Assembly (NCBI GenBank): GCA_008690995.1
Contig: VRMN01000001.1
Span: 868,001-932,000 of the forward strand
From: Porphyridium purpureum
Taxonomy: Eukaryota
Length of the DNA: 64,000 nt
Direction of reading: 5' to 3'
The stretch's first letter is position 1. Every line of letters starts with the position of its first letter. Shown in pieces: positions 1 through 10,733 of the stretch. The notes under the pieces were generated by a model, which saw only the letters and a list, made by a program, of their open reading frames with translations, did not search any database and was not told the origin of the DNA. A program made the position numbers and the translations under genes.

Positions 1-1312
1 GCAAGTCTGGTTTCAGATTTTTCAGGTCAAAGTGGAAGGTGAGAGCTTCCTGCACAGACATTTCCTCTCCGTTCCGCATTTGAATTGTGTCATGGCTGTT
101 CGCAGCGAGCTCGACCAAGAGATCCGTAACAATGTCGGGGCAATTTGCAGGTAGGACACCCACGGCGTCACCACAACGATAATCCAGTCCGGAGTTGCCC
201 AAATCAAATTCAATGTGGACAGTTTCCTTGTCGCCATGTTCCAACACTTTTGTGAGCATTCTGCGCTCTGCCACGGCGGCGATATAAGGCCGGCTTCTTG
301 TGTAGTTCACCGCGAGCTCTGCGGGATTGTCATTTGCAAATGCTGATTTGGATACAGAAGTTTTGGCCGTGGAACTCGAGTCCAGCTCAAGAACCGAAGA
401 CAAAAGATAGTCGTCATCATCGCCCTGACGCAGTACCGGCTCTTTGTCCAACGCACAGACCAACGAATCTATCCACGCGTCAATAGCGGACCAATCCTCC
501 TGGTTAATCATGCCTGTCGAAACCAATGGCGAGCTGGATGTGTGTGCTCTGAACAGCCGCTCGAAAACGAGGCCCCCCCGACAGTAATGTGCGTATGCTC
601 GGTCGCCGAGTGCAATTACTGCAAACTTGTTCTGCTCGCTCATGCCTTTAAAGAGGGGGTTCGCCTGATGCTTGTCGCATCGAGGGGCCGCGCTCTGGGT
701 ATCGTCGGCCATTTTCTCGGCCGCCTCGGACGGCATGGCGATCACCTCTTCTTCGACGCCGGCGCTCATGGCCTCGTGCAAGTCACGAGCGTCATTGGGC
801 ACGACGCCGTCGCCCGTTGTGGAGCAGGCCATAACAATAACGTTCTCTCTAGCCGGCTCAAGAACGTTGAAAAATGCCGTTGACAAAACGCGCGGGGCGC
901 AGTCCGCTACTCGTTCCGCAAGTGTCTCTGCAATTTTCCGCGCCACTTCCTTGGAGAATCCGTACTCGGTTCCGTACAAGACAAGCACGCGCCGAGTGCC
1001 TTCGCCGTGTGTGTCTGAGTAGTCGTGCGGGCAGAATTCGAGCGCTTCCTTTAGCACTCTCTGGCCGCGTGACGTCTGCTTCATCCGCCGCGCGGAGCGC
1101 TGCTCCATTGCCAACTTGGCGCGCGCTTCGGCTTCGACGCCGCGCGCCCTTTCGTTTTCATTCTTGGAGACATTACCGGCGAGCCAGCCCCAAACCGAGA
1201 AAGGCGCACTGTGCGATTCCGCTGGCGGCGAGCCGTTCTTCCTCCCTCGTGACACAACCACAAGTGCCCAAACCAGTAATAGCGCGAGCGCCACGGGCAA
1301 TGCCAACCCCAT
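1..1312 (-). CDS. Membrane-anchored NADPH-dependent diflavin (FMN/FAD) oxidoreductase, CPR/CysJ family; 3'-truncated by the window edge
   Basis: Manual minus-strand translation from ATG 1312 stays open to position 2 (absent from the ORF track because there is no stop in the window). Hydrophobic N-terminus MGLALPVALALLLVWALVVVS; flavodoxin motifs VLYGTEYGFSKEVA, ACSTTGDG, FAVIALGDRAY; start of FAD-binding domain YTRSRPYIAAV..KETVHIEFDLGNSGLDYRCGDAVGVLPANCP. Confidence 0.88.
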   Translation of the reverse strand, partial: MGLALPVALALLLVWALVVVSRGRKNGSPPAESHSAPFSVWGWLAGNVSKNENERARGVEAEARAKLAMEQRSARRMKQTSRGQRVLKEALEFCPHDYSDTHGEGTRRVLVLYGTEYGFSKEVARKIAETLAERVADCAPRVLSTAFFNVLEPARENVIVMACSTTGDGVVPNDARDLHEAMSAGVEEEVIAMPSEAAEKMADDTQSAAPRCDKHQANPLFKGMSEQNKFAVIALGDRAYAHYCRGGLVFERLFRAHTSSSPLVSTGMINQEDWSAIDAWIDSLVCALDKEPVLRQGDDDDYLLSSVLELDSSSTAKTSVSKSAFANDNPAELAVNYTRSRPYIAAVAERRMLTKVLEHGDKETVHIEFDLGNSGLDYRCGDAVGVLPANCPDIVTDLLVELAANSHDTIQMRNGEEMSVQEALTFHFDLKNLKPDL

Positions 1313-1835
1313 GGGACAAACGCCACTCCTTTCTTCTCTGCTTCGCTGGCTCAATCAAAACGAAACAAGTTGTCTCGTGCCGGTCAATGCAGCCGAAAGC
1401 CGTGCGCACTTCCTTGGAGCCAAGACCAACGCCCAAAGAACGCTGGTGCGGGATGCACAACTCTGGACGTCTGGCCGAGACGAGACGAGACGTGACGTGA
1501 GGACGCGCGCAACAGACTGCTCTGCGCGATGGCCTTTCCGAAGCGCCTTTGCGCAAGCCCGTGCTCTCACGCCCCACCGCAAACGTCCGCACTGCCCACC
1601 TCTGCTGGGTGTGCGCTCCACGCAAAAAATTGTGCGGCTTGGGCGAACCCTGTACCTAACCCGTTCCCCGCAGTTAGATCCAGGGTTCCGGCGTTCGTTG
1701 TCGGTTGGGCCGTTCTCGCTGCCGGTACAGTGGTGCCGCGCATAGGTACAGTTTCTGCCTGCACTGTGTTTTGTGGCCGGCAGCGAGCATGCTGTGTTTG
1801 GGCCAATCTGCGCACGCAGCATCGCACGTGCTCTT

Positions 1836-1855
1836 TGTGTGTGTGTGTGTGTGTG
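1836..1855. repeat. (TG)10 microsatellite
   Basis: Seen directly, in the divergent intergenic region. Confidence 0.95.
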
Positions 1856-2152
1856 ATCTGTTCTAGGTAAATGGTCCCATTTTAGACGATGCGTGCGTGG
1901 ATACTGGTGTGCGGGCGGGTTGGCGGTGGCTTGCGGCTGTTGTTGTTTTGTGATTGTGTGATTGCGGAATAGAGGCGCACATGTGAGATCATTTTTGGAC
2001 CGCACTTTGTTACAGAGATGTGCGAAACGGGGGGTTAGAACAAAGTGGGTTCTGGTTTTGGATGCGGGCCGGCGATCTATGGAGGAGGTCAGAAGTGGGG
2101 TTGGTGGGAAGGAAAGGAGAGAGGCGGAGAAAGAGAGACGGTAGGAGGGTAG

Positions 2153-2176
2153 GAGAGAGAGAGAGAGAGAGAGAGA
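2153..2176. repeat. (GA)12 microsatellite in the purine-rich leader of atpC
   Basis: Seen directly, ~45 bp upstream of the ATG. Confidence 0.95.
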
Positions 2177-2218
2177 GGGAGGTGGGGTAGGGAAAGAGGT
2201 GGGGGGTAAGCGAGAAAC

Positions 2219-3286
2219 ATGTCTGCGTTTGTGAGTGTGGGAGCGGGCGCATTTGCGCCGACGAGCAACGCGCGCGCGGGGGTGTGCGGCGGAGTGGCCG
2301 CGCCTGTGGCCGTGACCACGAGGAGTAGGAAGGTGACCGTGTCGATGGCGTCTGGCAAGGAGCTGCGCGATCGTATTGGGTCCGTCAAGAACACACAGAA
2401 GATCACGACCGCCATGAAGCTCGTGGCCGCCGCAAAGGTGCGCCGCGCCCAGGACGCCGTGCTGCGCACGCGCCCGTTCTCCGAGACGCTTCAAAAGGTG
2501 CTCGGCGGGCTGCTCAAGCGCTTGGAAAACGAGTTCTTGGACGTGCCGCTCCTGGAGGAGCGCGAGGCAAAGAACGTCGTGCTTGTCGTGACTTCGGGCG
2601 ACCGCGGGCTGTGCGGCGGATATAACTCGAACGCGATCAAGCAGAGCGAGAGGCGCGTGAAGGAGCTGCTGGCGACGGGCGTGAACGTCGAACTCATTAC
2701 GATCGGAAACAAGGCGTCGCAGTACTTCGGCCGCCGACCGCAGTACACTGTACGCCGCGCTTTCCCCATCGGGCAGGCACCGACGGCGGAGCAGGCAACC
2801 GAAATCACCGACGAAATTCTGTCCGAATATCTGTCCGGTGAGGTCGATCGCGTTGAGCTCCTGTACACTCGCTTTGTATCGTTGATTTCGTCGACGCCGT
2901 CAGTACGCACGCTGCTGCCGCTCTCACCCACCGGGATCGAGACCAATGGAGACGAGATTTTTGCGCTCACTTCGAAAGACGGACAGTTTTCCGTGAACTC
3001 TTCGATCGCCCCGGTGGCCGAGGCGGAGGTGTTCCCATCGCAGATGATCTTTGAGCAGGACCCGCAGCAGCTGTTGAACGCCATCCTGCCGCTGTACCTG
3101 AACGGCCAAGTTCTCCGCGCGCTGCAGGAGTCTGTGGCAAGCGAGCTTGCGTCGCGAATGAGCGCCATGTCCAACGCCACGGATAACGCCAAGCAACTGA
3201 GCAAGGACCTGACTATTGTGTACAATCGCGCTCGCCAGGCCAAGATCACGCAGGAGATCTCGGAAATCTGTGCTGGTTCGTTGTAA
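2219..3286 (+). CDS. atpC: Plastid ATP synthase CF1 gamma subunit with transit peptide
   Basis: KELRDRIGSVKNTQKITTAMKLVAAAKVRRAQ, GDRGLCGGYN, ASELASRMSAM, YNRARQAKITQEISEI; MSAF- transit peptide. Confidence 0.97.
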   Translation: MSAFVSVGAGAFAPTSNARAGVCGGVAAPVAVTTRSRKVTVSMASGKELRDRIGSVKNTQKITTAMKLVAAAKVRRAQDAVLRTRPFSETLQKVLGGLLKRLENEFLDVPLLEEREAKNVVLVVTSGDRGLCGGYNSNAIKQSERRVKELLATGVNVELITIGNKASQYFGRRPQYTVRRAFPIGQAPTAEQATEITDEILSEYLSGEVDRVELLYTRFVSLISSTPSVRTLLPLSPTGIETNGDEIFALTSKDGQFSVNSSIAPVAEAEVFPSQMIFEQDPQQLLNAILPLYLNGQVLRALQESVASELASRMSAMSNATDNAKQLSKDLTIVYNRARQAKITQEISEICAGSL

Positions 3287-6200
3287 GCGATTTAATAGTT
3301 AGTGTACTCAATCCTTGCTTGCCTGGCTGATTAAGTTCGGCACCCAGCTTAGACTCGAGTGCTGGAGCACATTAAATCATGTCTTCATAAGGAGGATGGA
3401 CGGCTTCAGCAGCCGTTGCAAGTCGACACTTTCAGGGAGAGTCTGGTGCTGCTGCAGGCTTCCAGTTTTGGCTTGAACGCCAGTGCCTTCCGTCATTGGA
3501 CTCTAGTGTTTACATAGTTTGTCAAGTCCAATGCATAAATATTCTGCTCCAGAATCAAGGTACGCAGGAGCTCCTCGGCCTGGCGCGGCTACGCGTTTAG
3601 CTTGAGCGAAAGCTCGTCTTGCTCATTGTCTCCGCGGACTGGAGCGTGGTACTTGTGGCGTCTCAGATGCTTGCGGAATCGGCAGCGTATCCGCGAGCGG
3701 CCTTTCCACTCCGCACCAACGCCTTCAGCACTGGCAGCCCTGTGCATATGTGGGCATTCTGCGGACGGTTCCGAGCACTCGCGCGCACGCCCTGCGAGCT
3801 CGCCAGACAAAGTCCATTCAATATCAACGGCGGTCGTGGCTTTGACATCCTTGTCCATTTCTTCTTGACATTGTCGAACCATCGTTTCTGTCTCTGCTCG
3901 GGCACACGAGGGACAAAGACGGTTTCGAGGCTTGCTCTCCGCCCATGATCTTTTAACCTCGCATTGTGATGTAGCAATGGGTCGCCCCTTTATGTCCACG
4001 ACTGGGGACCTGTAGCGTTCCCGAGCGGTCTTCCAGCAAAGAAAATGAAGTTGGCTGTGTCAACCAAAGCCCATCCGCACAAACTTGAAGACCACAGAGC
4101 TGGAGTTTTGTTGCCCGCTGACGAGAGGTTGATGTAAATTCAGGCCTGTGAAGCTTGGGCGGCGCTGCCCGCATTCCAAAGCACTGGCCTTTGTAGACCT
4201 ATCAAAAAAGCGACCGGAACGGAGATGACACTGCGCGCGACACACACGGAACCGAACCGCTAATTGATTTCCGTCGACTCACCAAGGAACTGACAACTAT
4301 CCGCCGCAGAACGTAAAATTACACACAAGCAACTGTCACCGGGTGCGCGCGCATTTTCTTCTGGCGGGTTGCGTCCACATCAAAGATCGCATCAGTCGCA
4401 CTGTACCCCCGCAAACCCTGTCAGTGTTAACTGTACTTTTAACGGGAGCGCTTCACAGCTTGGCCCTGAGGGCTCAAGGACGACGCGGTTTCAAGACACG
4501 TCTGCGGGTCGCAGAGTAGTGGCACCAGTGTACGAATGTGGGCCGCGGTCGAACTCGGCAGCCTTCCGAACTCAGCATGGAGCCCGGAGCCCGGACTCTT
4601 GAAATGGAATACTCAAGTGACGAAGCAGGCGCGGTTCCATGCGAACAAAGAATCCTGCCTTTTCGCGCAGGTTTCGTGGCGTAGTATGTGCGTAAATGGT
4701 GTGTTGTCCGAGCATTCGATTGCTCTCAAGTTTCGGGGGGCGTTGAGTAGTGGAAGCGCGCAGCAGTGCGTGTGATCTGTTGTATCGTTTACTGATTATC
4801 CATTGCAGAGCACCTGCGGTGTGTGCGAGTTCGTTCGTCCTGCTTGGATGCCGGCCAACTCGTCGGACTCGCATGTTATGTTCGGCGCACGTGCGCGTGT
4901 AGTGCACCAGCGCACTGGGCTTTATCAACGCTGCGCGGTAGGGCTTGACCGAATGAACTGCTCCTCCGTGCAGTCCCACGCGGTTGCGAAAAACGAGAGT
5001 GGCGGCACGTTTCCCTTTCTGTCGGCTCTGCCTTGTTTAATGAATCGCAGACGAGAGGAGACTCTGCTGCTCCAGAGAGCATACGCATTCACTGTATCGT
5101 GGCACGGGCAGATTCAGAATGGTTGTGTGCCCTAGGGAATGGCAGACAAGAGAAGCAAAGAGACAGACCGGCAAGCCAGTAAGGAGCAGACCAGGACGGC
5201 ACCGGTTCATTTTTTATCGAAGGAGGAGAGGGTGCGAATAGTCTATTGGGAAGAGCTTTGCAACTCGAAAATCGACTTCGCGCAACCCTGATGATACGCG
5301 TGATGGCGACAACGACCTTCCTCATCATGACAAAGCGTTGATGCTCCGAAGCGCGACGGTTGTGGCGCTCGACAACAGCTTCAATATGAGAGCGCAAAAT
5401 GCCTTGCTTCGTGATACACTGCATGAAGAGCGGTGAATGCGCCGCTGCCCATCAAAGGAGGATGACAGTGATTGTTCAAGGCTCTTTGGCAATGCCGAAT
5501 CTGTTCAACTTGTGTAATATGGCTGTGTTTCATTCAATATTTTGCATGACTCAATCGATCTGAACGAGCATGTGGTCCCGTTTGGCTCTATTAGAGCCAA
5601 AGAATGTGATGGATAGACACACGGAACGATGACAAGACCACAAGCCGTGCCGATGTCCCTGAAAATCACTCAGCACTACATGTGGATCCTAGGTGACATC
5701 CTACAACACCGCTGAGCGCTTGTGTTGGAAGCTGGGCATAGCCTGATACGTGGAGTGGATTTGGAGGCGGCTTGTGAAGTGTTTGGGGACCAGACTGACG
5801 ATGTGCGGCCTCGTCACGATCATCTGGCAACCGCCGAAAGTGTTCTCTCTGCCCGAAGCCCTGACATTCCTCCGCAAATACTTGCGCGGTTAATCTGAGC
5901 TGCACTGGACGCACAACTCAAGCTGCCTGCGGATGTCGATGACCATGTCACTGGGGCCTGGAGGATGTGTTTTTGCAGGATGAGCTGATGGCACTTTCCA
6001 TACTCTGGAAACAATAGTCGCGCCAGGACCTACTCTTTCCCGACGCCGAGTTGATCGCATTTGGGCCTTGTCGCTCAGGAGTAAAGCATCTTATCAACAA
6101 TTTCAAGGATCGCTTCCTTACTTTTCAGGAGGAAGCTTCGAAATAAATCATGCTCCCCATTCGTAGCTCTGGGTCCCGAGGAGACGAAGCAGAGGCGCTT

Positions 6201-6496
6201 GAGACGAATCGCGGCCGCCAAAGAACCTCGTGACATCATGCGGGCATTCCATGGCGACGCATTATACGGAACTGGCGAGCAAGCATCTGGATTTGCGACG
6301 ACCTGAGCACATGCCCAGACCTCACTGTGCGCGTGAATGGTTGCATGAGTGAACTTTAGGTACAGTTGCTCAGTACAGTGACATCGGTAAGCCTTGTTGG
6401 CGCCAAGAAGCGTGGCCAAGGCGGAGGAGAGGCGAGGCGCACACGAAGGGGACAGATGAGATGAGCTGACGAGGTTGAATGGGGGTTTAGAGCACA

Positions 6497-9400
6497 ATGC
6501 CGCCGGTGCGGGTGCTGTGTGTGGCAGAAAAGCCGAGCGCCGCGCGGGAGATCAGCATGGTGCTGGCAGGAGGTAGCAAGGTGGTCACGCGCAACAGCTT
6601 TTCCAAGTATAATCGGATTATGGAGTTTGACATGACACAGCCGCAGGAGATGAAGATCGTGTTCACGTCCGTGTCGGGACACATTAAGGAAGTGGACTTT
6701 GAGCCTAAGTGTCAGTCTTGGCAGAGCTATGACCCGGCTTTATTGCTGAATCGCGAGGCGTCGCGCGTCATCTCGCGCGTCAGCGCAGACAAAGAGCCGC
6801 TGGAGCGCACGCTCAAGCATGAGGCTCGCCATTGCCAGGTACTTATCCTCTGGTTAGACTGCGACTCTGAGGGAGAAAAAATTGCGTTTGAAGTCATGGA
6901 AATCGTCAAGTCAGGCAATCCGCGCATTGACGTGAAGCGTGCGCGTTTTTCAGCCATCACCCGGCAGGACCTGTTTCACGCGCTCTGCCACCTGCAACTA
7001 CCCAACGAGCGTGTTGCCGACATGGTTTCCGCGCGGCAGGAAATTGACCTGCGCGCAGGCGCTGCGTTCACGCGCTTTCTTACTCTTTTATTGACGGAAC
7101 GATTCGGCGGCGTACAGGCGGTGTCGCGTTCAACGGGCAAAAAGCAACCAATCTCGTACGGTCCGTGCCAATTTCCAGCGCTCGGCCTTGTCGTGGATCG
7201 TTTCCTTATGATCAAAAATTTCAAGAGCCAGGCATTCTATGTGATTGACTTGCTGCTGAAAACGCGCAATGGAATCCCTCTGAAGTTTGAGTGGGCGCGG
7301 CAGCGATTGTTTGACCAACACGCTGCCCAGGTATGCTTTTTACTTTGCCATGAAGCCGCGCTGCGGGCAAACGAAACGGCGCGAGTCTGCAGGAAGCAGC
7401 GCTCGGAGCGGCGCCGCTGGAAACCGTTGCCGCTTTCTACGGTGGAGATGCAGATTGCAGCGTCACGCAAGCTCCAAATGACCTCTGAGCAGGCCATGAA
7501 TGCGGCGGAAGCGCTATATACCAATGGCTTCATTTCGTATCCACGCACAGAGACCGATGTCTTCAACCCAAATATAGACTTGCGCGCCATCGTCGCTGAA
7601 CAAGCCGGCGACGCGCGATGGTCAGGATTTGTCAGCCAGCTGCTCGGCGGCGATGGCGGCAACGAAAATAATGCTCAGGCTGGCGGTATCCGCTTTGAAA
7701 GGCCGCGGGCTGGCAAGCATGACGACCAGGCGCATCCGCCGATCCACCCCCTGCGATGCGCGCCATCAAGCTCAGGGTTCGGTGACCCACATCAGGACCG
7801 ATTGTTCGAGTACATCACGCGGCGCTTTCTCGCAAGCTGCTCGGTGGATGCCGTTGGGTCCGAGACGCTGGTCGAGGTGCAGATAGGTATGGAACGATTC
7901 TCCACGAAGGCCCTGATCGTCGAGCGCAAGGGTTTCTACGAAGTATTCACGTACGAGAGGTGGGCAGAGCGTGACTTGCCTGATCTACAAGAAGGCGATG
8001 AAGTCAGCATCGACGAAATGCACCTTCGCACAAGCGAAACTGAGCCGCCGCCTTTGCTCGCAGAAAGTGACCTCATCAGTCTCATGGACCGGCACGGAAT
8101 CGGAACTGACGCCACAATTGCTGAGCACGTGAAGAAAATCCAGGAGCGTGGCTACGTGACCAAGAATGCGCAGAACCGCTTTGTGCCCATGACGCTTGGC
8201 CTCGGACTCGTGTCCGGCTTTGAGCTCTGCGAAGTATTTCTTGCTAGGCCCACGGTGCGCGCCGAACAGGAGGCGGAGCTAAAACGCGTAGGAACCGGCG
8301 AAGTGCACATGGACGTGATGCTCAGTCACGCCATGGATCTTTACAGAACACTGTTCACATCGTTGCTGGATCGCAGGTCGCGGTTTGTCAGCGCGTTCGA
8401 GCCGTATTTTGACCGCAAGCATACGGAATGGACGGTCCAAGTGGAGCTGTTTTCCTTGTGTAGGTGCGGCCGACCGATGCAGCTTGCAGTGGAGCGTGGA
8501 GCAGTTGCGACCAGTGAGCCGGGCGCAACCCGTGAGCGTGCGTTGCTTTGTTCGCCGTGCGCGTTGCAGCTCAAGCTTCCTCGAAACAACAGCCATCTGG
8601 TACCATTTGAGCACACGTGCCCAATCTGTCGGTTCCAAGTCCTCGAGGTGCACAACCACACCACTCGCAAGACACACAAGCTTTGCCCATGGTGCTTCAG
8701 CTTTCCGCCACCAGACCAGCAGGCCCCACTGGACCAGCAGGAACAGCAGCATCATGTTACATCGACGGGGATAGGATTCGCAGGCTTGCGTTGCTTTGCG
8801 TGCACCCATGCAGACTGTGCGTTGGCACATGGTGAAGCAGTTCTATGCGATCGTGTTCTTGCGTGCACAATTTGCCAGGACGGCAAGAACTACGCTCTCG
8901 TGGGCGTCCGTGGTAGATTTAAAATCAAGTGCGAAAGCGAGCATCGGGATTGCTACTCGTACACATTTCCTGGCGAGGTTTTAGATGTGCGCGCAGCGCC
9001 TGGCTCATGTGTCAAGTGCTCTGCGCAGCGACTACAAGTGTCGTGGAAGCCGCGCATGGTTCCTTCGAGCGTGAGAGCTCTTATGGATATCTGCGTTTGG
9101 TGTGACGGAGAGTATCATGCCGCTCTTCATGCGTTAGGGGAAAGCCCGCCCAAGCAGCCTGAATCTGGACAGCGACCGCAAGTTGGCACAAGGCCTTTGC
9201 GGCAAGTTCCTGGCACTGCGGCGGGCCATCTACAGGTGGATATTGAGGATCTGCACAATCAGATGCCAGCTCGACCAGCGGCGAACGCGTCGTCTGGCAC
9301 ACCTTTGCTTGCAGGTACAGTCTCAGTTCCTGTATGCCGAGGCCACCAGCTTGAGATGGCTCGACGCACGACCGTGAACGGAAAGAATGCTGGGCGTGAG

Positions 9401-9865
9401 TTTTTCACGTGCTCCAGACCTCAGGCCGAAAAGTGTGACGACTTTGTCTGGGTGGATCAGGCAACCACGAACCGTGGCGCAGCGGGTTCGGCAAACAATG
9501 CCTCTGGCGTCGGCCCGGACCGTCGCGGTCCGCCAGGAGGCAGAAAGAAAGGCAATGGCATGGCTTGGCAATCTGTGAATGGAAGTGAAGGCAACACATA
9601 TGGCAGCGGTCGAGTGGCTGTGCCAAACGAGAACACAGCGCCTCTGTGCTCTGGACATGCACGGCCGATGAACATAAACGTCACAAAAAAGGCCGGCACG
9701 AACGAAGGCCGCCAATTCTGGAGCTGTAGCGCGTATCCAAACAGCTGCAATTCATTCAAGTGGGTCGATGGCGTTTCGCTAGCTTCGACATCAGCGCAAG
9801 CAGCTGCGGCGACAGCAGCAGCGACACTTCGTCCAGCAAAAGCCACCACCAAGCGGAAACGATGA
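6497..9865 (+). CDS. TOP3A: DNA topoisomerase III alpha (type IA)
   Basis: TOPRIM VAEKPS and LWLDCDSEGE, catalytic GFISYPRTET, GIGTDAT; C-terminal Zn ribbons and two GRF-type Zn fingers. Confidence 0.95.
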   Translation: MPPVRVLCVAEKPSAAREISMVLAGGSKVVTRNSFSKYNRIMEFDMTQPQEMKIVFTSVSGHIKEVDFEPKCQSWQSYDPALLLNREASRVISRVSADKEPLERTLKHEARHCQVLILWLDCDSEGEKIAFEVMEIVKSGNPRIDVKRARFSAITRQDLFHALCHLQLPNERVADMVSARQEIDLRAGAAFTRFLTLLLTERFGGVQAVSRSTGKKQPISYGPCQFPALGLVVDRFLMIKNFKSQAFYVIDLLLKTRNGIPLKFEWARQRLFDQHAAQVCFLLCHEAALRANETARVCRKQRSERRRWKPLPLSTVEMQIAASRKLQMTSEQAMNAAEALYTNGFISYPRTETDVFNPNIDLRAIVAEQAGDARWSGFVSQLLGGDGGNENNAQAGGIRFERPRAGKHDDQAHPPIHPLRCAPSSSGFGDPHQDRLFEYITRRFLASCSVDAVGSETLVEVQIGMERFSTKALIVERKGFYEVFTYERWAERDLPDLQEGDEVSIDEMHLRTSETEPPPLLAESDLISLMDRHGIGTDATIAEHVKKIQERGYVTKNAQNRFVPMTLGLGLVSGFELCEVFLARPTVRAEQEAELKRVGTGEVHMDVMLSHAMDLYRTLFTSLLDRRSRFVSAFEPYFDRKHTEWTVQVELFSLCRCGRPMQLAVERGAVATSEPGATRERALLCSPCALQLKLPRNNSHLVPFEHTCPICRFQVLEVHNHTTRKTHKLCPWCFSFPPPDQQAPLDQQEQQHHVTSTGIGFAGLRCFACTHADCALAHGEAVLCDRVLACTICQDGKNYALVGVRGRFKIKCESEHRDCYSYTFPGEVLDVRAAPGSCVKCSAQRLQVSWKPRMVPSSVRALMDICVWCDGEYHAALHALGESPPKQPESGQRPQVGTRPLRQVPGTAAGHLQVDIEDLHNQMPARPAANASSGTPLLAGTVSVPVCRGHQLEMARRTTVNGKNAGREFFTCSRPQAEKCDDFVWVDQATTNRGAAGSANNASGVGPDRRGPPGGRKKGNGMAWQSVNGSEGNTYGSGRVAVPNENTAPLCSGHARPMNINVTKKAGTNEGRQFWSCSAYPNSCNSFKWVDGVSLASTSAQAAAATAAATLRPAKATTKRKR

Positions 9866-10023
9866 CGCGGTCAAGCAACGCTGTACAGCACTCGTAGTGT
9901 ACCTCTAGGGTTTAATTTACTGAACTAAAATACTGTACTTTTGGGTGCAGAGTCCAAAGGGTTTTTGCGTTTGGTCTTGCGGGCGCGCGCGAGGCGAATG
10001 TTCGTCTTTGTCGCTGTCTTGCG

Positions 10024-10621
10024 ATGATGCCGAGACACAATGCTGATGAAGCTGCAGGCGCAAGCGCTCCACCGCATGCACGTGGATCTGGACCTCCTGC
10101 TGCTGAAGATGTTTCTCGAGAGTACGTGCATCCGTTGGATTGATTGCTGTTGTTTTCGTTTTGTTTCCCGAGTCAAAGAGAACGAAATGTGGCTCGCGAC
10201 AAATTGATTTGGCCGTGTGGGATGGAATGGCGGACAGAAACGACTGACCACAATATTTGCTATCTCTTTGTTTCGATCTTTTTTATCGACTGCGGTGTCT
10301 CCAACGTTCTTCTGCCGTCCTCGGTCGCTCCGTATCTCTCGGCGTGCTTCTGTGCGCTCGTTCAGGGCGTGGGCTGAGCAAATCCAGCGCGATTCAATAG
10401 CATTCTACCTCTCAAATGCGTCTATGCTGCAAATGATAAGCACTCACGAGGGTCAGTCGTGTGCGCGCACGCAGTTCAATCTTTTCCAGAAGCTCCACGA
10501 TCCCGTCCAGCGTAAGCAGCAGCTACTTCAGCAGCAGGAACAGCAACAGAACCAGCAACGCGGCACCAAGCGCCCAGCAGAACAAGATCAATTTGATCTC
10601 GGGCCCTCTGAACAGCAGTAA
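10024..10621 (+). CDS. Putative two-exon 117-aa coiled-coil protein, weakly BRK1/HSPC300-like (exons 10024-10121 and 10366-10621)
   Basis: Joining the exons gives 354 nt in frame: MMPRHNADE...DVSREAWAEQIQRDSIAFYLSN...GQSCARTQFNLFQKLHDPVQRKQQLL. Upstream promoter-like motifs at 9881 and 9932. Confidence 0.6.
10122..10365 (+). other. Putative spliceosomal GT-AG intron (244 nt)
   Basis: Donor GTACGT at 10122, branch-like ACTGAC at 10243-10248, then a ~115-nt pyrimidine-rich AG-free tract ending TTCAG at 10365. Confidence 0.7.
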
Positions 10622-10733
10622 TGACAGTCTCGCGCAGATCTCCCGAGCCAATAAATGTCCTCGATACCATTCGAATGCCAACTTTGGCATGCAACATTAG
10701 AGAAGGCGCGAAAGAAGGGCGTGAGGGCACGTC

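Noticed and set aside
542..2494. Many overlapping ORFs (e.g. 874-1500 +, 1355-2494 -)
   Set aside because: Shadows of the minus-strand reductase and atpC, or microsatellite read-through in GC-rich DNA; no recognisable motifs.
5455..5665. Possible C/D-box snoRNAs (GATGA...CTGA)
   Set aside because: C boxes are non-canonical, there are no terminal stems, and the candidate 18S guide has two mismatches; an Infernal/snoscan run would be needed.
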